A stretch of DNA of 64,000 bases from Phycisphaerae bacterium (GTDB lineage Bacteria > Planctomycetota > Phycisphaerae > UBA1845 > Fen-1342), in NCBI GenBank assembly GCA_050115495.1, contig JASFQK010000010.1, positions 96,360-160,359 on the forward strand. Reading direction: 5' to 3'. The number at the start of each line of letters is the position of its first letter. The stretch's first letter is position 1. A program made the translations under genes and the position numbers. The notes under the pieces are model-generated. The model saw nothing but the letters and a program-made list of their open reading frames with translations. It did not search any database and had not been told where the DNA came from. This document shows, piece after piece, positions 28,040 through 38,121 of this stretch.

Positions 28040-28264
28040 GTCTGCTCCCTTGGGCCCTCCGGCTCCGTTTACCCCACTGATTGTGATGTCTCTGTTGTAC
28101 GCTGGCTGGCACGCGGACAGCGCGATGTCCCCACCGGCCGCTCCCCGCACATTGGTCCGAAGCGGTTTCATGCCCATCCAGTGCACCCACACGCCAGCCG
28201 ACGCCGAGGCTCGCCGAAGCTTCCCGAGACCGGCGGCCCCGCACCTCCTCGCGCCAGCTAATGC

Positions 28265-28294
28265 ATTCTATTGAGAACGGCAAGGCAGCGTCAA
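28265..28294 (-). promoter_or_regulatory. Sigma70-like promoter upstream of the M6 protease
   Basis: Minus strand TTGACG-18 nt-TAGAAT. Confidence 0.5.
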
Positions 28295-28316
28295 TGAATA
28301 GGTGCGCCGGCGGGTG

Positions 28317-30818
28317 TCAGTGTCGCGTCAGCAGGTCAATGAAGGGGCGGATGTCGAAGTTGTTGACGGTGCCGTCGTCGTTGATATCGGCGGTGCGGCG
28401 GTCGCAGTCGGGGTAGGCGTCGGCGTAGGCGGCCGGGCTGCACAGGGCGCGGACGAAGGGGTTGATGTCCAGCGTGTTTACGCGGCCGTCGCAGTTCAGA
28501 TCGCCGATCATGAGGCCGGGCACGCAGCCCCAGCGGGCGATGCACGTCGAGACGCGGCCGCCGGCGCCGAGGAACTGCCCGCCGGCGTACAGGGCCGGGC
28601 CGGCGCCGTCGTCGAACTCGGCGAGCGCCAGGACACCGCCAAACAGATCCGTTCCGCTGCCCAGTGCCGACCAGCGCTGGCCGTTCCAGCGGGCGATGCA
28701 GTTTGCCGGTTCGCCGCCGGCCGTGGCGAAACGGCCGCCGGCGTACAGCGCAGGCCCGCTGCCGTCGTCTATGACGGCCAGCGTCTCGACATGACCGTCG
28801 AGCCCACCGCCGACGGGCGACCACGTTTCGCCGTCCCAGCGGGCAATGCCCGGGATGTCCATTCCGCCGGCGGTTTCGAACGCACCACCGGCATAGAGCG
28901 CCGGCCCGGTGCCGTCGTCGAAGACGGCCAGAGCCAGCACGCACGGGCAGGAGCCGCCGCCGATGCCGCCGCCGGCCAGGGCAGACCAGGTCTGCCCATC
29001 CCACCGGGCGACGTTTTCCACCGGGATGCCGCCGGCCAGGGTGACCTGTCCCGCCGCATACAACGCCGGTCCGCCGCCATCGTCGAACACCGCGAGGGCG
29101 TACACGCCGGCGATGCCGAATTCCTCTGCCATCAGTCCGCTGCCGAGGGGTGACCAGGCTTGCCCGTCCCAGCGGGCGATGCTGCCGGCGCTCAGGCTGC
29201 CGGCGTCTTCGAAGATCCCACCCACGTACAACCCCGGTGCGTCCTCGCCCGGCGGATCGTACACGGCGAACGCCCGCACGGTGGCCTGGTATATTGGATA
29301 GGCGCTCACTCCCCCGCCCACCGGCTGGAAGGTCGTCCCGTCCCAGCGGGCGATGCCGGCCGCGTCGACGCCGTCGGCGACGCGGAACTGCCCGCCGACG
29401 TACAGCGTGGGGCCCGCCCCATCATCGAACACGCCCAAGGCTTCCACGACGTCGTCCGTCCCCTCGCCGAGCGGCGACCACGCCTGGCCGTCCCAGTGGG
29501 CGACATGGCTGGCCCGGGCGGCGCCGGCGGTCGTGAAGTCCCCGCCGGCGTAGAGGGCCGGCGGCTCGGCGCCGGGGGGATCGAGCACCGTCAGCGCCCG
29601 GACCCATTGATTCATTCCGCTGCCCGTGCTCAATGCGGACCAGGTTGTGCCGTCCCAGCGGGCGATGCGGCTGGCGGCCACGCCGCCGGCGACGCCGAAC
29701 GCCCCGCCCGCATAGAGCGCCGGCCCGCGGCCGTCGTCGTAGACGGTCAGGGCCAGCACGGCGCCGAAGTTGTACCAGAGCATGTCCTCCATCCCACTAC
29801 CCAGTGGCGACCAGCTTGTGCCGTCCCAGCGGCCGATGTTGTGGACGCTGACGCCGCCGGCGGTGTCGAAGACGCCGCCGGCATACAATGCCGGGCCGCT
29901 GCCATCGTCAAACACGGTCATGGAGTAGACCGTGGGGTACGGCCAACCGGCAGTGCCGCTGTCGAGTGCGGACCAGGTTGTGCCGTCCCAACGGGCGATG
30001 TTGTTGGCGCTGACGCTGCCAGCGGTGTCGAACCACCCGCCGACGTAGAGCGCCGGGCCGTGGCCGTCGTCGTAGACGGTCAGCGCGTAGGCGACGGCGT
30101 AGTTGGGACCGAGGCTCCCGTCCAGCGCCGACCAGCTCGTGCCGTCCCACCGGGCGATGGCGGGGGCCGTAACCCCTCCCGCCCCGGCGAAATCCCCCGC
30201 GGCGTACAGCGCCGGTCCGCTGCCGTCGTCGTAGACCGCGAGGGCAGACACCTGGGAGAAGACGTCGCCGATGCCCGTACCCAGCGCCGACCAGGTCAAG
30301 CCGTCCCACTTGGCGATGTTGTTGACGACCAGGTCCCCGGCCGTTTGCCGGAAGTGCCCGGCCGCGTAGAGCGCCGGGCCGCTGCCGTCGTCGAACACGG
30401 CCAAGGCGTAGACGGTACCGCTCACGCCGCCGCCGACGGCCGACCACGCGGAGCCGTTCCACTTGGCGAGGTTGCCGGAGATCCCTCCGCCGGCGTAGAG
30501 CGCCGGGCCGCTGCCGTTGTCATAGACGGTCATTGCGTGGATGGAACCCCACGCTCTACCGCCCAGCGCCGACCAAGTCTGGCCGTTCCATCGGGCCGTG
30601 TATTCAGCGATGGCGTCGCCGGCCGTCCTGAAGTCGCCGCCGACGTAGAGCGCCGGGCCATGGCCGGCGTCAAAAACTGTGAATGAACGCACGACATCAT
30701 CCGTGCCCGGCGCGTAGAACCCGTCGGCCCAGTCCAGGACGCATTGGGCGCCGACGGCACCACCAGCTAGTGATACGGCCACCAGCGCTGCGAACTGCAG
30801 CAACGTACTCCGAATCAT
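28317..30818 (-). CDS. Secreted 14-repeat beta-propeller protein with a dockerin-like tail
   Basis: 14 copies of LAV(F/Y)DDGSGPALYAGG.F..AGG..IARW; signal peptide; GDLNCDG..DINPFV. Confidence 0.9.
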   Translation of the reverse strand: MIRSTLLQFAALVAVSLAGGAVGAQCVLDWADGFYAPGTDDVVRSFTVFDAGHGPALYVGGDFRTAGDAIAEYTARWNGQTWSALGGRAWGSIHAMTVYDNGSGPALYAGGGISGNLAKWNGSAWSAVGGGVSGTVYALAVFDDGSGPALYAAGHFRQTAGDLVVNNIAKWDGLTWSALGTGIGDVFSQVSALAVYDDGSGPALYAAGDFAGAGGVTAPAIARWDGTSWSALDGSLGPNYAVAYALTVYDDGHGPALYVGGWFDTAGSVSANNIARWDGTTWSALDSGTAGWPYPTVYSMTVFDDGSGPALYAGGVFDTAGGVSVHNIGRWDGTSWSPLGSGMEDMLWYNFGAVLALTVYDDGRGPALYAGGAFGVAGGVAASRIARWDGTTWSALSTGSGMNQWVRALTVLDPPGAEPPALYAGGDFTTAGAARASHVAHWDGQAWSPLGEGTDDVVEALGVFDDGAGPTLYVGGQFRVADGVDAAGIARWDGTTFQPVGGGVSAYPIYQATVRAFAVYDPPGEDAPGLYVGGIFEDAGSLSAGSIARWDGQAWSPLGSGLMAEEFGIAGVYALAVFDDGGGPALYAAGQVTLAGGIPVENVARWDGQTWSALAGGGIGGGSCPCVLALAVFDDGTGPALYAGGAFETAGGMDIPGIARWDGETWSPVGGGLDGHVETLAVIDDGSGPALYAGGRFATAGGEPANCIARWNGQRWSALGSGTDLFGGVLALAEFDDGAGPALYAGGQFLGAGGRVSTCIARWGCVPGLMIGDLNCDGRVNTLDINPFVRALCSPAAYADAYPDCDRRTADINDDGTVNNFDIRPFIDLLTRH

Positions 30819-31202
30819 GGCGCAAACCTCCCAGGGGCTCGAGCGCGTTTGCGAACATGTGATGGACACACCACCATTATACACAGTCGTGCGCTGTGCG
30901 CGCGGACTGACGGCCGTCGACCCGAACCCTCAGGAGATGCCGGGTTGTTGGCTGGGGATAGGCCAAGGCGAGGCACTGCAAATGCCGTGCCTCGCGGCAC
31001 GCGTATCGGCTGCACAAACTGAATTAGAGTATTTGCCTGATGGCGGGAGGCTTGACGTGGGCCGTACACTCCACATACTCTTATCGGTCGTTACGTGTGG
31101 AGTAGCGGCCAAGGGTCTCGAGCAAGTGCCGCCCGGGGGATAGCCGGGGTGGTCCGTTGTGGACGCCTGCCTCCGACGGCCGTTTCGCAGCGGGAGAGAA
31201 TC

Positions 31203-34200
31203 ATGGAAACACTGAGGCGAGTTGGGATTTCGTCGGTCATCCTCTGTGTGCTCGGCGTGTACGCTGGCGCGAACGCGTACGCCGAGGAACGGCGCGTGCC
31301 CAGCCAGTACTTGACGATTCAGGCGGCAATCGACGCCAGCGCGGACGGCGATGTCGTGATCGTTGAGGACGACCCCGATCCTTACTCAGGCCCAGAGAAC
31401 ACGGCGCTCGATTTCGGTGGGCGCCGCATCACCGTCCGATCGGAGGGCGACAATCCTGAGCACTGCAAGATTGACTGTGAGAACGGCTGTCGCGCCTTTC
31501 ATTTCCATAGCGGCGAGAGCGCCGATTCGATCGTTCGGGGGTTCAAGATTCTGAGAGGCTGGGTGGGCGACTCAGGTGGCGGGATTCTGTGTGAGGGGAG
31601 CAGCCCGACGATTCTGAATTGCGTGTTTGACCAGAATACGTCGGACAGTGGGAGTGTGGGTCAGGGTGGTGGCGCCATAGCCTGTGTTAGTGCCAGCAGC
31701 CCGCTCATATCCAGGTGCGATTTCATGTCCAACTCGGCGGCGCGGATGGCTGCGGGCGGGGGAGTGTTCTGCAAGGACGGATCGAGTCCGGCGATCACGA
31801 ACTGCACGTTCAATGGCAATACGGCACACGGACGAGGGGGCGCCGTATGCTGTGAGAGTGCCGGGCCCATCGTCATGCACTGCCGCTTCAGCGGGAATTC
31901 GGGCACAGACGGCGCTGCCGTCTGCTGTACGTCGTCGTTTCCGACGCTCGTCAACTGCCTCATTAATGGCAACACGACAACCAACGGCTATTTCGGCGGC
32001 AGCGTCCTGTGTACTGGTTCGACCGTTGCCTATATTACGAATTGCACGATCGCGCACAATCCAACGCACATCAACGGAGGGCTGTACTGCGAATGGCAAA
32101 GCTACGCGATCGTGACCAACTGCGTTTTGTGGGGAAACACGGCACCGCAGATCGTCTCGGAGTACGTTGATCCCATCGTGACCTATAGCGACATCCAGGC
32201 CGGCTGGACGGGAGAAGGGAACATCTCCGCCGACCCGCTGTTCGTTGTGCGCTCGATCGAGGACCCCTGGAAGGGCGAGCACTATTTGAGGCAGCAGGGG
32301 ACGCACGAGCTGCCGTGGAGTCCGTGCGTGAATGCGGGTAACGCGACGGCCGCAGCCATGGGACTGGGGGTGCACACGACGCGGATCGATCTGGTTGCCG
32401 AGGAAGGCACGGCGGACATGGGCTACCACTACTATCCGGCGGACTGCAACGGCAACGGGCAGCCCGACCCATGGGATATCGCCCGCGGGACAAGCGACGA
32501 CTGCAACTACAACGGGACGCCTGACTGGTGCGACATCAACGTCTACGGCACCAGCGAGGACGAGAACAGCGATGGCGTGCCAGACGAGTGCCAGGGGTAT
32601 CCCGACCGAGCATTCTTCTCGCTGGACGAGGACTTCGACCTGGGGACGTTGATCAACGTGAATCACGGCGACCCGGAGGACCCGTTGGACGAGTTGCGGC
32701 GGAACGAGTTCGCCACGCCGCTGCCGTACCTGTGGGTTCCGGCCTCGGCGCGGGGGACGATCGTGCGGATCGACACGGACGATACGCTGCCAGGGGGCGG
32801 ACAGCGCATCCTGGGCGAATATTACACCGCTCCGGACAACACCGGTTCGGACCCGTCGCGCACGGCGGTGGACCTGGACGGCAACGTCTGGGTGGCAAAC
32901 CGCGAAGACGATGATGGCGGCGCCGGTTCCGTGACGAAGATCGGCCTGATAAAGGGCGGAACGCGTTGCGACGCGAGTGGGACACGGAACCCGTACGGCG
33001 AGTACCTCAAACCGCCGTTCGACTATAACACGTGCGTCGACCGCAACGGCGATGGCCTGATCCGGACGTCGCGGGGGCTGGGCGACATCCTGGCGTGGCC
33101 AGGCGCGTATGGCAGTGTCTCGACGGCGTTGGACGAGTGCATCCGCAACTACGTGCGCGTGGGCGGAACTGGAACACGCCATACCTGCGTCAATGCCGAT
33201 AATGACGTCTGGGTGGCGGGCAGGAGGAACTACGCGTTCGAACTGCTCGACGGCGAGACCGGCGACTTGCTCGCCAGTTTCAACGTTGGCGCCGGAGGCT
33301 ATGGCGGCCTGATCGACTGCGCGGGCGTGATTTGGTCGTCGCACCGACAAGATGCCTACAAACAACTCCTGCGATACGACACGAAGGGCACCATCGACAC
33401 GCAGGACGACACGTACAGCGTCATCGATGACGACTCGCCGAACAGCTATGGGCTGGGGATCGACCGGGACGGCTACATTTGGAATAGCCAGTGGAGCAAC
33501 CAGGAAGTTCGCAGATTCGATCCGGACGGAACGCTGCTGGGCACGTTCAGCACGGGCGGAACGATGAACGAAGACCGGGGCGTGGCGGCTACCTTTGCCG
33601 ACAATGACATCTGGGTCGCCAACAGTGGTGACCCGACAGGTCACGAAGTGACGCGCCTCAATAACGACGGCCAGATTCAGGGCGTGATCGAACTGAACCA
33701 ACCGCCGGATTACGGCTATACCCCGACGGCGTTGGCCGTTGATGCTGCGGGCAAGGTCTGGGTTACATGCAGGGGTTCGGACTGCGTCAAGCGGATCGAC
33801 CCTGACCTGGGCGTGTGCGGTGCCGTTGATCTGAGCGTTTCACTCGACTATGGCGCCGGCCCGTACGCCTACAGCGACATGACGGGTCAAGTGACGCTGC
33901 ATACGTCGGCGACCGGCACGTGGCACGTCGTTCATGACGGCGGGCACTTCGGCGCCGACTGGCATCTGGTGTTGTGGAATCGCGACCTCAGGTACGACCC
34001 GGAGGGCCAGAGCGCGTGTCCGGTCGATCCGGAGCCCGAAGGTACAGCTCTGACCGTAGAGGTGCGCGCGGCTGATTTCCAGTCGGCGCTGCCGTTAGAG
34101 CTGTACGTGACGGTGGAAGACGGCAAGCGGTTCGACGACGTGAGGGGCAGGTATCTGGAGATTCGGGTGCGTTTCAAGGGCACTTGCCCGGGAGCGGCCT

Positions 34201-34451
34201 TCGAGAGCCCCGCGTTGTGTAACCTCGTGGCGAGTCAGGGGCTGGCCGACCTGACGTGCGATGGGCTGGTGAACAACTTCGACCTGAGCGCATTCGTGCT
34301 GGCGTTGACGAATCCTGAAGGCTATTCCGCCGCGTACCCGGACTGCGACCGGTTGCTCGCCGACGTTACGTGCGACGGGCTCGTGAACAACTTCGACATT
34401 GCCCCGTTCGTGGACTGCGTCACGAACGGCGGCTGCAACCCGTGCCCCTGA
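31203..34451 (+). CDS. Secreted multidomain protein: right-handed beta-helix, TSP3-like repeats, beta-propeller, dockerin-like tail
   Basis: VPSQYLTIQAAID, GGG.I.C..SSP.I.NC.F..N repeats, DCNGNG.PD, AVD.DGNVWVAN repeats, ADLTCDGLVNNFD twice. Confidence 0.9.
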   Translation: METLRRVGISSVILCVLGVYAGANAYAEERRVPSQYLTIQAAIDASADGDVVIVEDDPDPYSGPENTALDFGGRRITVRSEGDNPEHCKIDCENGCRAFHFHSGESADSIVRGFKILRGWVGDSGGGILCEGSSPTILNCVFDQNTSDSGSVGQGGGAIACVSASSPLISRCDFMSNSAARMAAGGGVFCKDGSSPAITNCTFNGNTAHGRGGAVCCESAGPIVMHCRFSGNSGTDGAAVCCTSSFPTLVNCLINGNTTTNGYFGGSVLCTGSTVAYITNCTIAHNPTHINGGLYCEWQSYAIVTNCVLWGNTAPQIVSEYVDPIVTYSDIQAGWTGEGNISADPLFVVRSIEDPWKGEHYLRQQGTHELPWSPCVNAGNATAAAMGLGVHTTRIDLVAEEGTADMGYHYYPADCNGNGQPDPWDIARGTSDDCNYNGTPDWCDINVYGTSEDENSDGVPDECQGYPDRAFFSLDEDFDLGTLINVNHGDPEDPLDELRRNEFATPLPYLWVPASARGTIVRIDTDDTLPGGGQRILGEYYTAPDNTGSDPSRTAVDLDGNVWVANREDDDGGAGSVTKIGLIKGGTRCDASGTRNPYGEYLKPPFDYNTCVDRNGDGLIRTSRGLGDILAWPGAYGSVSTALDECIRNYVRVGGTGTRHTCVNADNDVWVAGRRNYAFELLDGETGDLLASFNVGAGGYGGLIDCAGVIWSSHRQDAYKQLLRYDTKGTIDTQDDTYSVIDDDSPNSYGLGIDRDGYIWNSQWSNQEVRRFDPDGTLLGTFSTGGTMNEDRGVAATFADNDIWVANSGDPTGHEVTRLNNDGQIQGVIELNQPPDYGYTPTALAVDAAGKVWVTCRGSDCVKRIDPDLGVCGAVDLSVSLDYGAGPYAYSDMTGQVTLHTSATGTWHVVHDGGHFGADWHLVLWNRDLRYDPEGQSACPVDPEPEGTALTVEVRAADFQSALPLELYVTVEDGKRFDDVRGRYLEIRVRFKGTCPGAAFESPALCNLVASQGLADLTCDGLVNNFDLSAFVLALTNPEGYSAAYPDCDRLLADVTCDGLVNNFDIAPFVDCVTNGGCNPCP

Positions 34452-34511
34452 TTCCGAGGGTGCACGCACACGAAGAATGGGGCGCCGCCCGCTTGTCGCG
34501 CCGGCTGCTGC

Positions 34512-35693
34512 TCAGTCGCGGATGCCGAGCGAAGGTGGGGGAGGGTATTTGCGGCCGCCACCGCCGCGGACCGGTTCCAGATCGTCCAGCCAGAGGGCGT
34601 CATCGTTGCGCTTATAGGTCATAGGGACGCCGCGGAAGCGCGGGTCGCGGGCCCGGTGGAAGCGCAGGTGGATGTGCCGCCGATCGACCGCCAGGATTTC
34701 GACCTTGCCGCGCTCGTGCGACATGACGAAGCGGGCGCGGCGGGCGAGGCCGGAGCCGCGGCGCAACGTCTCGCGGAAGATCTCCCAGCCGCGGACGATG
34801 GGGACGGTGTACGGGGCGTTGCCGGCGGTGGGTCGTCCCTGGAAGAGGTAGTAAGGCGGGCAGCCGATGAAGGACAGCTCCCGGTAGAGCTCGCTGAGCA
34901 CGTCGGGGTCGTCGTTGACGCCGCGGATGAGCGGACACTGGTTGGCGCAGATCACGCCGCTACGGATGAGGGCGTCGATGGCGTCGACGGCTTCGTCGGT
35001 CAGCTCACGCGGGTGATCGAAGTGGGTCATGATGTAGATGCGGCGGCGCGGCGTGCTGTGCTGGCTGAGCAGCCGCAGCAGCTCGGGGTCGTGCGTGATG
35101 CGGAAGGGGTCGAAGGCGGGCATCTTCGAACCGATGCGGATGATGCGCACGTGGGGGATCGCGCGAAGCTGCTCGATGATCTGCCGGAGCCGCCGGGTGC
35201 TCATGAGCAGGGGATCGCCGCCGGTGAGGAGGACGTTCGTGACCTCCGGGTCATTGGCGATGTGGCGGATGCCGGCGGAGACGTCGTTAGAGGTCTCGTG
35301 GTTGTCGGCGGAGAAAAGGCGCTTGCGGAAGCAGTAGCGGCAGTAGGCGCCGCAGGTTTCGTTGCAGAGCAGCAGAACCGTATGGCGATACTTGTGTTGC
35401 ACGCCACGGGCGACGGTAACGGCGGCCTCGTTGCTGGCGTCGAGGTGACCCCACGGATCCAGCTCTTCCGGTCTGGGAACGATCAGTTGGCGAATGGGGT
35501 CGTTGGGGTCATCCCAGTTGATGAGGCCCAGATAATAGTCGTTGGCGCGGAACGCATATTTCTTCTCGACCTCGGCGAGCGCGTTCTGCTCGTCAGGTCC
35601 TAGCTGCTTGATCTGGTTTACCCTGGATACGAACCTCACTCGCCTATGGGGAGCGGGCCGATCGGGGACGAGGCGCAGAGCTCCTCGATCCAT
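34512..35693 (-). CDS. KamA-family radical SAM protein (lysine 2,3-aminomutase-like)
   Basis: DPIRQ, HKY, CGAYCRYCFRK, LTGGDP, RIGS, HFDHPRE, NQ.PL.RGVND, PYYLF. Confidence 0.92.
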   Translation of the reverse strand: MDRGALRLVPDRPAPHRRVRFVSRVNQIKQLGPDEQNALAEVEKKYAFRANDYYLGLINWDDPNDPIRQLIVPRPEELDPWGHLDASNEAAVTVARGVQHKYRHTVLLLCNETCGAYCRYCFRKRLFSADNHETSNDVSAGIRHIANDPEVTNVLLTGGDPLLMSTRRLRQIIEQLRAIPHVRIIRIGSKMPAFDPFRITHDPELLRLLSQHSTPRRRIYIMTHFDHPRELTDEAVDAIDALIRSGVICANQCPLIRGVNDDPDVLSELYRELSFIGCPPYYLFQGRPTAGNAPYTVPIVRGWEIFRETLRRGSGLARRARFVMSHERGKVEILAVDRRHIHLRFHRARDPRFRGVPMTYKRNDDALWLDDLEPVRGGGGRKYPPPPSLGIRD

Positions 35694-35988
35694 AGATTGC
35701 CTCCGATCTGGCCAGACGGCCTTCAGGTATTGACGCCGTCACGTGGGGCGATGCGTTCCCGGCCCGACCTGTCCGGGTCGGGTTTCACGCGTTATGTGCT
35801 TGTCGCGAGACGACTTAGCCCACGCTCGTGACGCCCTCTCATCAGTAGCCTAGGGTGGATTGGGTCTGGTGGCAACAACAATCCGGCGTGGTTATAGGAC
35901 GATAGGTGTGGTGGGGCCGAGCTACTGATGTTATCGGACTGTCAAGGGATCTTGCACAAGTTTCATGCCGTTCTCGAGCGTCGGTGGC

Positions 35989-36309
35989 CTAATCGCCGCC
36001 GCGACGGAACACTGCCACGATGTCCTCGACCGGCACCACGTACAGGCGGTTATCGCCCTCGAAATCCACCGGGACGGCGTTCTTGGGGTTGAACAGCACC
36101 TTGTCGTACTGGGCGATCGGGTAGTCCTCATCGCGGCCGACCTGGGCGGAGACGGCAACGACGCGGCCCGTGATAGTCGGGATTTCGATGTTGCCGGGTA
36201 GCTCGATGCCGCCCTTCGTGGTCTTCTTGTCCTCGTCCTTGCGGATCAGGACACGCTTGCCGATGGGCTCAACCACTTCGAGCGACTGAGACGGGCGTGC
36301 CTGTTTCAT
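35989..36309 (-). CDS. groES: Co-chaperonin GroES (orphan paralogue)
   Basis: PIGKRVLI..KTTKGGIELP..GRVVAV..DKVLF..EDIVAV. Confidence 0.88.
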   Translation of the reverse strand: MKQARPSQSLEVVEPIGKRVLIRKDEDKKTTKGGIELPGNIEIPTITGRVVAVSAQVGRDEDYPIAQYDKVLFNPKNAVPVDFEGDNRLYVVPVEDIVAVFRRGGD

Positions 36310-36397
36310 GCCGAACCTCTCCAGTACACTACGATTTCCAGGTGCGGCGCGGAACGTCAGGGCCGCACATCGGATTCTACCGCGATGGAGCAGCTTA

Positions 36398-37177
36398 TTG
36401 GACCCGCAACGGCTCCGCAAACTGCTGGACGAACTGGCCGGCGGCCGGATGGACGTGGCCACCGTGCTCGAGCGTCTGCAAACGCTGCCCTTCGAGGATC
36501 TGCCGTTCGCGCGCGTCGATCACCACCGGGCGCTGCGGCGCGGCTTTCCCGAGGTCATCTTCGGGCAGGGGAAGACGCCGGAGCAGGTCGAGTCGGTCTT
36601 CGGCCGGTTAGCCGAGGCGGGCGGTAACGTCATCGCCACGCGAGTGGCGGCGGAGGCGGCGGAGCGGGTCTGTGGTCGGTTTCCCAACGCCAGATACGAT
36701 GCGTGTGCCCGGTTCCTGTCGTTGCGGCAGCAGCCGGCGCGGTTGAGTGCCGGGATGGTGGGGGTCGTTTGTGCGGGGACGACGGATCTGCCGGTGGCGG
36801 AGGAGGCTCGGCTGACGCTGGAGATGATGGACCAGCGGACGCAGACGTTCTACGACGTGGGCGTGGCGGGATTGCATCGGCTGCTGACCAACACGGCGGC
36901 GCTGCGGTCGGCGAGCGTGTTGGTGGTGGTGGCGGGGATGGAGGGTGCACTGCCCAGCGTGGTCGGTGGACTGGTGGCGGCACCGGTGATCGCCGTTCCG
37001 ACCAGCGTCGGTTACGGGGCGAGCTTCAACGGGCTGGCGGCGCTGCTGGCCATGTTGAACTCGTGCGTGCCGGGGGTGAGCGTGGTGAACATCGACAACG
37101 GGTTTGGGGCTGGCTACCAGGCGGCACTGATCAACCGCGCCGCGGGTGGCGCCGAGCAGGCCCCGGCGGAAGGCTGA
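36398..37177 (+). CDS. larB: Nickel pincer cofactor biosynthesis protein LarB
   Basis: DHHR..RRGFPEVIFG.GKT, AGTTDLPVAEEA, DVGVAGLHRL, AGMEGAL, PTSVGYG, VNIDNGFGA. Confidence 0.95.
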   Translation: MDPQRLRKLLDELAGGRMDVATVLERLQTLPFEDLPFARVDHHRALRRGFPEVIFGQGKTPEQVESVFGRLAEAGGNVIATRVAAEAAERVCGRFPNARYDACARFLSLRQQPARLSAGMVGVVCAGTTDLPVAEEARLTLEMMDQRTQTFYDVGVAGLHRLLTNTAALRSASVLVVVAGMEGALPSVVGGLVAAPVIAVPTSVGYGASFNGLAALLAMLNSCVPGVSVVNIDNGFGAGYQAALINRAAGGAEQAPAEG

Positions 37178-37185
37178 ACGAGGCC

Positions 37186-38121
37186 ATGGCCCGCGCGAAG
37201 GCGAAACCAACGATCGTGACCGATGTACCCCGTCTACCGGAGCGGCCGGCGGAGATGCACAAGGGTGTCGCCGGCCATGTGGCCATTGTGGCGGGCAGTC
37301 GGGGGATGTCGGGGGCGGCGCTGCTGGCGGGACTGGGGGCGCTGCGGGGCGGAGCGGGGCTGGTGCGGGTGTTCACGCCGGCGTCGGTGCAGCCGATCGT
37401 GGCGGCGGGTGAGCCGTGTCTGATGACCGTGCCGCTGCCGGAGTCGCGGACGGGGCAGCTCGCGACGCGGGCGATCGGGACGATCGAGGAGATGGCCCTG
37501 GCGTGGGCGCATGCGGTGGCGATCGGGCCGGGGCTCGGGGCAAGTGCGACGGCCGGGTCGGGCGTTACGCGTATTGTGCGAGAGGTGTTGGCAGGGGATG
37601 TGCCGGTTGTGGTCGATGCCGATGCGCTGAACGCGGCGCCGGGGGAGTTGCCGGATTGGCTGGCGGCGCGCACGCCGGAGCGACCGGTGATCGTGACGCC
37701 GCACCCGGGTGAGATGGCGCGGTTGCGGGCGGGGACGAAGTTGCGGGAGCTGCGTGGGGGCGACGCCGAGACGCGGCTGCGGTTGGCGCATGAGTATGCC
37801 AAGCTGACCGGGGCGGTCGTTGTGCTGAAGGGGCACGAGACGGTCGTCGCCACGCCGGCGGAGGCGTACGTCAACGCGACGGGGAATCCGGGGATGGCGA
37901 GTGGCGGGATGGGGGATGTGCTCACCGGGTTGTTGGCGGCGCTCGCGGGGCAGGGGCTGAGTGCGTTTGAGGCGGCGCGGTTGGGTGTGTATGCCCACGG
38001 GCTGGCGGCGGATCGGTGTGCGCAGCATATCGGGCCGGTGGGGTACCTGGCTCGCGATGTGGCGGAGGCACTGCCGGCGGCGCTGGCGGAGGCGTCGCGG
38101 GAGTCGATTGGGTTTCGATAA
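37186..38121 (+). CDS. nnrD: ADP-dependent NAD(P)H-hydrate dehydratase
   Basis: HKG..G, GAGLV, IGPGLG, DADALN, TPHPGEM, LKG, GGMGDVL. Confidence 0.94.
   Translation: MARAKAKPTIVTDVPRLPERPAEMHKGVAGHVAIVAGSRGMSGAALLAGLGALRGGAGLVRVFTPASVQPIVAAGEPCLMTVPLPESRTGQLATRAIGTIEEMALAWAHAVAIGPGLGASATAGSGVTRIVREVLAGDVPVVVDADALNAAPGELPDWLAARTPERPVIVTPHPGEMARLRAGTKLRELRGGDAETRLRLAHEYAKLTGAVVVLKGHETVVATPAEAYVNATGNPGMASGGMGDVLTGLLAALAGQGLSAFEAARLGVYAHGLAADRCAQHIGPVGYLARDVAEALPAALAEASRESIGFR

Noticed and set aside
31052..31079. Shared cttgacgtgggcc at 22591 and 31051 as a specific regulon motif
   Set aside because: Mostly explained by a common -35 box; two instances are insufficient.
26108..34451. Cellulosome
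   Set aside because: No cohesin/scaffoldin or recognisable glycoside hydrolase domains; only dockerin-like tails.
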